64,000 bases of DNA from Candidatus Omnitrophota bacterium (lineage in GTDB: Bacteria; Omnitrophota; Gorgyraeia; Zapsychrales; Fredricksoniimonadaceae). The translations under genes and the position numbers were made by a program. Positions 28,324-35,106 of the stretch are shown piece by piece (within the stretch, counting starts at the first letter, position 1; each line of letters starts with the position of its first letter). The notes under the pieces are model-generated. The model was not told the origin of the DNA, searched no databases, and saw nothing but the letters and a program-made list of their open reading frames with translations. The stretch is from the NCBI GenBank assembly GCA_030650275.1, contig JAUSEK010000023.1, positions 107,581 through 171,580 of the forward strand. The letters are read 5' to 3'.

Positions 28324-30263
28324 TCACCGTCAGCAATTTATCCAAGAATTTTGATGAGCGCATGCTCCTGCAGGATGTGTCTCTGGGCATTTTTCCCAAT
28401 GAGCGCATCGGCCTGACCGGCCCCAACGGGGCGGGCAAAAGCACGTTGTTTGCCATCATCCTCGGACAAATGGAACCCACGTCGGGTTCGGTGCAGGTCC
28501 AGAAAAACTTGAAGATCGGTCATATGGCGCAGGAAACGAAATACGCCTCCGACCGCACGGTCATGGATGAAATGACGTCCGGCGATGCACAGATCCGTGA
28601 ACTTCTGCATGAAAAACACCGCCTGGAAGAAGAACATAAGGCCGACAGTTCCCGTTACGGCGATATTTTGGAGGTCCTGGAGAAAAAGGGCATTTATGAA
28701 ATGGAACATAAGGCCGAAAAAGTCCTGACCGGGCTTGGCTTCAAACAGGAGGATTTCCATAAGCCCATTGCCCATTTGTCAGGCGGCTGGCAGATGCGCA
28801 CCCAGTTGGCCAAACTGCTGACCACCCGTTACGACCTGCTTTTGCTCGACGAGCCGACCAATTACCTTGACCTGGAGGCCACGCTGTGGCTCAAAGGATA
28901 TTTGTCCAAATACGACGGGACGTTCATCATCATTTCGCACGACAAGATCTTCCTCAACGATGTCACCAATTACACCATCATTCTGGAAGACGGAAAAATG
29001 ACCAAGGTCAAGGGCAATTACGAACTGTATGAAGAGGAAAAGATCACGCGCCTGCGCACCCTGGAAAAACAAAGCAAGGTCATTGAAAAGAAACGCGAAC
29101 AGCTGGAACGTTTCACCGAGCGTTTTCACGCCCAGCCCAATCGTGCCTCTGCCGTGCGCAACAAACGTAAAATGCTCGACCGGATGGAAGAGATCCGCAT
29201 CCCGCAGGAAAAACACAGCATCCGCGATTTTCAGTTTCCCCCGACAATAGAAAGCGGTCATACGGTCCTGACCATGAGCAAGGTCGCGAAATCCTACGGG
29301 GACAAACAGGTCTACAAGGACCTTGACCTTGAGATCACCAAGGGCCAGAGAATATGCCTGGTCGGCCCCAATGGTGCCGGCAAAAGCACGCTGCTCAAAA
29401 TGCTCGCCGGGGTCCTGCCGTTCGATTCCGGCACGCGCAAACTCGGGCATCAGGTGTCTTTGGGATATTTTTCCCAAACGCGTCTGGATGTTTTGAACCC
29501 GGCGCGCACGGCGCTGGAGGAATTGTTGTCCGCGTCCACGGCCTCGGTGCCCATGACGCAGGCGCGCACCCTTTTGGGTGTTTTTAATTTCCGCGGGGAC
29601 GACGTGTTCAAACACGTGCGGATCCTCTCCGGAGGGGAAAAAAGCCGGCTCATCCTGGCCAAACTTCTGGTCAATCCGCCCAATTTCATTTTGCTCGACG
29701 AGCCCACGACCCACCTGGACATCGACGGGGTGGAAGCCCTGACGAGTTGTTTCAGGAAATACACGGGCACGCTGTGTTTTATCAGCCACGATCTTTTTTT
29801 CGTCAAAGAGATCGCCGACCATATCATGGACGTCAATAACGGGACGCTGAAAATGTATCCCGGCGGCCTTGATTATTATCTGGACAAGAAAGCCGGCCGC
29901 GACGCGCAGGAAAGACAAAAAGCAGGGCAGGAGAGGGCCGCTGCCAAACAGAAAAGATCCGCTCCGCCGGGAAATAACGGCCATGCCGCGTCTTCTCAAA
30001 TCAGGTCTGCCCAACAACGTCATCGGCAGGCCTTAAAGCGTCTGGAAGATATCAAGACAGAGGCCAAGAATTTTGAAAATGAGCGCAAACAGCTGGAGAC
30101 CGAAAGTTACGTCAAGTCACGCGTTCTTTCTGATGCGTTCGGCCGGGACCCGGTCCTGATCAAGGAATACGGCCGGCGGCTCAAGGAGATCCAGCAACGC
30201 ATGCGGGAGATCGTCGTGACCCTGGACAAACTGCAGGAAGAGAAGATAAGGATCACCAAATGA
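28320..30263 (+). CDS. ABC-F family ATPase (Uup/EttA-like translation factor)
   Basis: It has two complete ABC cassettes (GPNGAGKST twice, LSGG motifs), no TM domain and a C-terminal coiled coil. Confidence 0.85.
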   Translation: MITVSNLSKNFDERMLLQDVSLGIFPNERIGLTGPNGAGKSTLFAIILGQMEPTSGSVQVQKNLKIGHMAQETKYASDRTVMDEMTSGDAQIRELLHEKHRLEEEHKADSSRYGDILEVLEKKGIYEMEHKAEKVLTGLGFKQEDFHKPIAHLSGGWQMRTQLAKLLTTRYDLLLLDEPTNYLDLEATLWLKGYLSKYDGTFIIISHDKIFLNDVTNYTIILEDGKMTKVKGNYELYEEEKITRLRTLEKQSKVIEKKREQLERFTERFHAQPNRASAVRNKRKMLDRMEEIRIPQEKHSIRDFQFPPTIESGHTVLTMSKVAKSYGDKQVYKDLDLEITKGQRICLVGPNGAGKSTLLKMLAGVLPFDSGTRKLGHQVSLGYFSQTRLDVLNPARTALEELLSASTASVPMTQARTLLGVFNFRGDDVFKHVRILSGGEKSRLILAKLLVNPPNFILLDEPTTHLDIDGVEALTSCFRKYTGTLCFISHDLFFVKEIADHIMDVNNGTLKMYPGGLDYYLDKKAGRDAQERQKAGQERAAAKQKRSAPPGNNGHAASSQIRSAQQRHRQALKRLEDIKTEAKNFENERKQLETESYVKSRVLSDAFGRDPVLIKEYGRRLKEIQQRMREIVVTLDKLQEEKIRITK

Positions 30264-30634
30264 TAGCACCACTATTGCTGGTCCTTTTTTTCAGCGGGTG
30301 CGTGCAGGTGCAGATGCTGCCCCATCTCGACGAGGCGCTGACCCTTCGGTCATTCAGCGCGCAAAAGGACGAACAGCATCAATATGTCCGTGACGCGGAT
30401 GCCCGGTTTGACAAACTTTTGGCCGCGGTGCAAAGCGGGGACATCAAGAAGTACAACACAAAAAAAGATATTGTGAGGGCTTTCGGAGAGCCGGTCCTGA
30501 CCAAGGACATTGTCATCGATGGGCTGCCTTCGACATATGGCCTGTATCGTCATGCCATTGGATCCAAAGCTAAACAGAAAGTGTATCTGTATTTTAATGC
30601 CCAGGGGCAGTTGACCTATTGGGAGTCTATATGA
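30260..30634 (+). CDS. Lipoprotein, hypothetical
   Basis: It has a signal peptide with the lipobox FFSGC and is 124 aa. Confidence 0.45.
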   Translation: MIAPLLLVLFFSGCVQVQMLPHLDEALTLRSFSAQKDEQHQYVRDADARFDKLLAAVQSGDIKKYNTKKDIVRAFGEPVLTKDIVIDGLPSTYGLYRHAIGSKAKQKVYLYFNAQGQLTYWESI

Positions 30635-30679
30635 TGACAAAGGCTATTTAGTAAGATTTGTATCATTGGAGGAATGGTC

Positions 30680-32029
30680 ATGAGCGCTAAGTTTGAAAAG
30701 TTAAATATTTTCTTCGATAGAATAAAAACTATTGGATTTTTTCAAAGAATATTCCAGTGGCGTCAGATTAGCAATTTAAGTCATGATGCTTATCGAGAAT
30801 TTAAGGAGCTGGAGAGATTGTTTGAGGATACGACCACAAGGATCAACGAATTAAATAAATCAACAGAACTTTCGAGTGTTGAAAATGATCGTCTTAAGTC
30901 AGAGAAAATAAAATTAGAGAATTTGTTGAAGTCTGGGGTAGAGAAATTGGAGGATACTAAGGGAGAGGTTTCCGATTTAAAGGCTTCGATTGCTTCGAAA
31001 GACGAAAAAATAAGTTCGTTAACGGAACAAATTAAAAAAGAGGCGATTGAATTAGCCGTATTGAAAGAAAAAACAAGCCTGCTTGAACAAGAAATGCAGA
31101 AAATTAAGCAAGAAAATACAAAATATGAACAGACCGAGGCTGGCCGGTTGGCTAAACATGGTAATGAGATGGCAACAATTATAACCATCAGAGATCAAAT
31201 CCAAAGCGACAGAAAGAAAGAGATAGAGGAACATCAGGCAAATGAGATTGCTCGTATAGAAGCGATGAAGGAAACCTGGAGCAAACATCAGGAAAAGGTC
31301 AAGAATACTATCAAATCAATATGTCAAAAACATGCCATAGAGTATTTGGATCAAGTTCCTTTTAAGGGAAGCCCTGATAACACAGTTAAGATTTGTGATG
31401 AATTTGTTATTTTTGATGCCAAAAGTCCTTCTTCGGATGATTTGGGAAATTTTCCGGTCTATATCAAAGCTCAGACTGAGGCGGTGAAGAAGTATATAAA
31501 AGAGGAAAATGTGCGCAAAGATATTTTTCTTGTAGTTCCTTCGAATACCGTCGATGTTATTGAACAGTTCAGCTATAACATGGCTGACTACAACGTTTAT
31601 ATAATCACTATCAATGTGCTCGAGCCGCTTATGTTGCTTGTTAAGAAGCTCGAAGATTATGAATTTGTTAATCAATTAAGCCCAGAAGAGCGGGAAGATA
31701 TTTGTAGAATCATTGGTAAGTTTGCTTACATGACAAAAAGAAGAATACAAATCGATCATTTTTTTACCCGACAATTTCTTGAAATACTTGCTAAATGTGA
31801 AGCTGGTCTTCCAGGAGAGATACTTGACAGGGTGGCTGCATTCGAACAATCTGAGAAATTGAATCCTCCTCAAGAGAAGCGTGCAAAACAGATTCTCATC
31901 AAAGATTTAGAAAAGGATGATCAGAAAATTCAGAAAGAGGCCGAAGCAAAGAGTGTTGTGTTTCCTTTATCATTGTCGCGCAATATCAAGAACATTCCGC
32001 TCTATGAAGGGGAAGAATCGGTCTCGTAA
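30680..32029 (+). CDS. RmuC-family DNA recombination protein-like (AT-rich, probably horizontally acquired)
   Basis: An N-terminal ~200-aa coiled coil is followed by a C-terminal region matching RmuC motifs (DEFVIFDAKSP, KKYIKE, DIFLVVPSNTV, NVYIITINVLEPLMLL). A GGAGGA Shine-Dalgarno lies 8 nt upstream. Local GC is about 35% against about 58% for its neighbours. Confidence 0.5.
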   Translation: MSAKFEKLNIFFDRIKTIGFFQRIFQWRQISNLSHDAYREFKELERLFEDTTTRINELNKSTELSSVENDRLKSEKIKLENLLKSGVEKLEDTKGEVSDLKASIASKDEKISSLTEQIKKEAIELAVLKEKTSLLEQEMQKIKQENTKYEQTEAGRLAKHGNEMATIITIRDQIQSDRKKEIEEHQANEIARIEAMKETWSKHQEKVKNTIKSICQKHAIEYLDQVPFKGSPDNTVKICDEFVIFDAKSPSSDDLGNFPVYIKAQTEAVKKYIKEENVRKDIFLVVPSNTVDVIEQFSYNMADYNVYIITINVLEPLMLLVKKLEDYEFVNQLSPEEREDICRIIGKFAYMTKRRIQIDHFFTRQFLEILAKCEAGLPGEILDRVAAFEQSEKLNPPQEKRAKQILIKDLEKDDQKIQKEAEAKSVVFPLSLSRNIKNIPLYEGEESVS

Positions 32030-32048
32030 GAATAAGATATTATGTTTT

Positions 32049-32735
32049 ATGATAATTTTTAAAGATCCTTCCGTGATTGCTTTCACCAGCGACGCGTCCG
32101 TTGATTTCACCACACAGGATTTTGACGCGTCTTTGGCCCCGGCCCAAAGCGCCTACCTTAAAACGCATACCGGTATTGACATCCCGCGGGTTTTTTGGCG
32201 CAAACAGGTCCACGGGGATGATGTCCTCATCGCCGGAAAAGAGGCCTGCGCCAGGGGCTGTCCTGACGCGGACGCTTTCATCACCGACCGCAAGAACGTG
32301 CCGATCGCCATCCGCACGGCGGATTGCGTGCCGGTCTTTATTTATGATCCCCTCAAACAGGTCATCGGCCTGGCCCATGCCGGATGGAAGGGGACGCGTC
32401 AGCGCATCGCGGCTAAAACCGTCCAGGAAATGCAAGACAAATTCACCTGCCGATGCTATGATTTAAAAGTTGCTTTAGGTCCGGCCATCCGTTCGTGCTG
32501 TTATGAAGCGGGGCCGGAATTTAAGGTGTATTTCCCGGACGATACTGTTGAACGCGGTGGAAAAGTTTACGTGGATATCGTCGCGGCCAACCGCCGCCAG
32601 TTGGTGGAAGCGGGGATTGACGACGGCAATATTTTCGATGGCGGCGCGTGCACCTGCTGCAATAAAGATTATTTTTCGTTTCGCAGGGACGGTAAAAAAG
32701 CCGGACGCATGATCTCTTTGATGATGTTGTTGTAA
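32049..32735 (+). CDS. pgeF: PgeF/YfiH (DUF152) purine-nucleoside/peptidoglycan-editing factor
   Basis: It has the conserved motifs ...TADCVPVF..D....IGLAHAGWKG and ...C.CCY. Confidence 0.75.
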   Translation: MIIFKDPSVIAFTSDASVDFTTQDFDASLAPAQSAYLKTHTGIDIPRVFWRKQVHGDDVLIAGKEACARGCPDADAFITDRKNVPIAIRTADCVPVFIYDPLKQVIGLAHAGWKGTRQRIAAKTVQEMQDKFTCRCYDLKVALGPAIRSCCYEAGPEFKVYFPDDTVERGGKVYVDIVAANRRQLVEAGIDDGNIFDGGACTCCNKDYFSFRRDGKKAGRMISLMMLL

Positions 32736-32741
32736 AAATAT

Positions 32742-33533
32742 ATGTATATCGTCGTTTTGGTCACAGCCAAGGATGCAAAAGAAGCGCACAAGATCGCCAA
32801 CGGTCTTTTGCAGGACAAGTTGGTCGCCTGCGCCAATATCGTTGCGGGCGTGCGGTCTTTGTTTTGGTGGCGGGCACAAGTGGATTCATCCAAAGAAGCA
32901 TTGCTTATCCTCAAAACAAAGAAGGCCTTGTTCAAAAAAGTCGTCGCCAAAGTCAAGGTGCTGCACAGTTATGAGGTCCCGGAGATCATCGCTTTGCCCA
33001 TTGTTGCAGGCAGCAGCGATTATTTAAAATGGATCAAAACGTTGGTCTCCATCATATTTGTCGGGATGGTCCTGTCCGCGCCTTCTTTAGCGCCGGCCAT
33101 GAGCAATATGCCGGAGGGGACTTCAGAAATATCTTTGGTGGGCAAGGCCGCTTATGACGTGACCCTGCCGACGGCTTTGGGTGAGCAGAAGTCGCTGTCG
33201 CAGGCGCGGGAAGGCAAGAAAGCGGTGCTGTTCTTCTGGGCCACCTGGTGTCCTCATTGCCGCGATGAGATCACGCGCATGAACAAGAACCTCGATGCCA
33301 TCACCGCCAAGGGGATCAAGGTCGTTTTGGTGTCCATCGGGGAAACGAAAGAGGATGTGGCGGCTTATTTAAAGCGCAATGCCGTTGTGCTGGACAGTTT
33401 CTTGGATGAGGACAATGCTTTGCAGGGACCGTATGATCTGGTCGGCGTTCCGACGCTGGTCTTCGTGGATGAAAAGGGCGTTATCCGCGAGGTGCGCCAC
33501 GATTTTCCCGATGATTACGAGAAATTTTTTTAG
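32742..33533 (+). CDS. CutA1 divalent-cation tolerance domain fused via a TM segment to a TlpA/ResA-like thioredoxin-fold domain
   Basis: Residues 1-~105 match CutA (...VACANI..G..S.YWW...LKT...EVPEIIALPI..G...YLKWI). A hydrophobic segment follows, then a thioredoxin domain with the WCPHC active site. Confidence 0.7.
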   Translation: MYIVVLVTAKDAKEAHKIANGLLQDKLVACANIVAGVRSLFWWRAQVDSSKEALLILKTKKALFKKVVAKVKVLHSYEVPEIIALPIVAGSSDYLKWIKTLVSIIFVGMVLSAPSLAPAMSNMPEGTSEISLVGKAAYDVTLPTALGEQKSLSQAREGKKAVLFFWATWCPHCRDEITRMNKNLDAITAKGIKVVLVSIGETKEDVAAYLKRNAVVLDSFLDEDNALQGPYDLVGVPTLVFVDEKGVIREVRHDFPDDYEKFF

Positions 33534-35002
33534 CGGCGGATCTTGTCTTTGACGTTGCTCTGCAGTTTTGCTTCCAGTTTTAACCTGGTCACAAAAGCCG
33601 TCAGGATCTGGCTGCGTTTGCGCGCGCTGAGCATTTGCCGGTAATTGTCTTTCTCGCCTTCAAAATCTTCGTCTTTGACTTTCACGACACTGCTCAAATA
33701 AGCGATGGCCGGCCCTTGGGGCGTTGCCACCGTGTCCGTCAGCCGGTTATTTTCCTCCAACTTTAAACTCGCTTCTTGCAATTGCGCGGCAAATCCCAAA
33801 GCCGGGTTATATTCCCCGTGGCTGAATTCCGGCGTTTGCCGGACATCCAAGTTCAGCGCCTGGCAGGATGTCTTGAAATCTTTTCCCGTCGCGACGCTTT
33901 CCTTGATCGATCTTAGAACTTCCTCGGCTTTGGCCTGCGCTTTTGCATACGCTTTTTGTGCGATCACGGTTTTTTGTACCGCTTCTTTGATCACTGCCAG
34001 GTCAGGGACGGCTGAATCCTTATGTTCTTTGACCCTGGCGATCTGCCATCCGTCGGGCATTTCCAAAAGCGGGGTGGTGGCGCCCGCCTTCATGGCAAAA
34101 AGTTTTTCCACCAGGTCCGGCGACCAGGCGAAGGTCAGCAGGGGCTGGTCCTTGGTGAATGGTCCGCTTTCCTTTGCCTCGTAACCGGCTTGTTTGGCCG
34201 CGGCCACAAAGTCCGCGGACGGCGTTAACGCTTTGGCAAAGGCCTGCGCTTCTTTTTTGTCCGGCAGGGCAATGATGACGTATTGCACGTTCACCGTGGC
34301 CGGCGCGCGCAAGGTCTCCGCATTCCGGTCATAATATTCTTTAATTTCTTTTTCCGACGCCTCGAGCCCGGCGCTAAAGTCCGCGGGGTTGATGATGACA
34401 TAATCCAATCTGATCTTTTCATTGCGCCTGGCATATTCCTGTTTGACCTCATCATCAGCAATGACCATGGGTCCGGTAACGCCGTCGAGCATTTTTTTGA
34501 TCATCAATCTGTTGCGCATGCCTTCCTCGAAGTCATGGGGTTTACGGCCGAAGGCGCCGGGATTGCGGACAAGTTCCTCATACAGATAGCGGTCGAACCT
34601 ACCTTCCCGTTGAAAGAAGGGAAAGGCCGCGATCAAGGCCGCCACTTCTGCGTCGCTGACCTTGATGCCGCGTTTTTTGGCTTCCCGCGACAGGATGAGG
34701 CGGTCCCAGGCCTCGTTTTCCAAATCCAGCCTGTCGCCTAATTTGGAGAGTTGATCGCCGTAGAGGATGAGCGCCTGGTCGCGGCTGTCCATGTAGGCGC
34801 GTTCGAAATCCCGCAAAGAAACGCTTTGGCCGTAAATTTTTCCGGCGCTGTTGGTGCTGTCCCAGCCCGAAGCCGCGCCGAAGACCCCGAAAGACAGGAC
34901 AATGATGACCGTGATGAACCACAGCACTTTTTTGGACACGCCCTTGTGGCGCAGGATGCTAAGCATATCGGTGATTATAGACGATGGCCTAAATTTTGAC
35001 AA
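33530..35002 (-). CDS. PpiD/SurA-like periplasmic chaperone with N-terminal TM anchor
   Basis: It has a TM helix, a SurA-N-like domain and a degenerate parvulin-like domain. Its stop overlaps the stop of the convergent CutA–TlpA gene by 4 nt. Confidence 0.6.
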   Translation of the reverse strand: MSKFRPSSIITDMLSILRHKGVSKKVLWFITVIIVLSFGVFGAASGWDSTNSAGKIYGQSVSLRDFERAYMDSRDQALILYGDQLSKLGDRLDLENEAWDRLILSREAKKRGIKVSDAEVAALIAAFPFFQREGRFDRYLYEELVRNPGAFGRKPHDFEEGMRNRLMIKKMLDGVTGPMVIADDEVKQEYARRNEKIRLDYVIINPADFSAGLEASEKEIKEYYDRNAETLRAPATVNVQYVIIALPDKKEAQAFAKALTPSADFVAAAKQAGYEAKESGPFTKDQPLLTFAWSPDLVEKLFAMKAGATTPLLEMPDGWQIARVKEHKDSAVPDLAVIKEAVQKTVIAQKAYAKAQAKAEEVLRSIKESVATGKDFKTSCQALNLDVRQTPEFSHGEYNPALGFAAQLQEASLKLEENNRLTDTVATPQGPAIAYLSSVVKVKDEDFEGEKDNYRQMLSARKRSQILTAFVTRLKLEAKLQSNVKDKIRR

Positions 35003-35106
35003 GAATTAAGACGGAAAACGCTTTCCCAATAAGCCGGTCTTGGGCTTGTTTTTTTGTGTTTTATAGTAAATACTTATACATGAACCCTAATAGATATATC
35101 TAACAT

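Noticed and set aside
28779-30023. 414-aa minus-strand ORF
   Set aside because: It is antisense to the ABC-F ATPase gene with its two Walker cassettes.
35079-35102. Mini-ORF ATGAACCCTAATAGATATATCTAA repeating the ATGAACCC start of the giant gene 28 nt downstream
   Set aside because: It is only 7 codons and sits in an AT-rich promoter-like region. It is probably incidental and is noted only as a duplicated ATGAACCC string.
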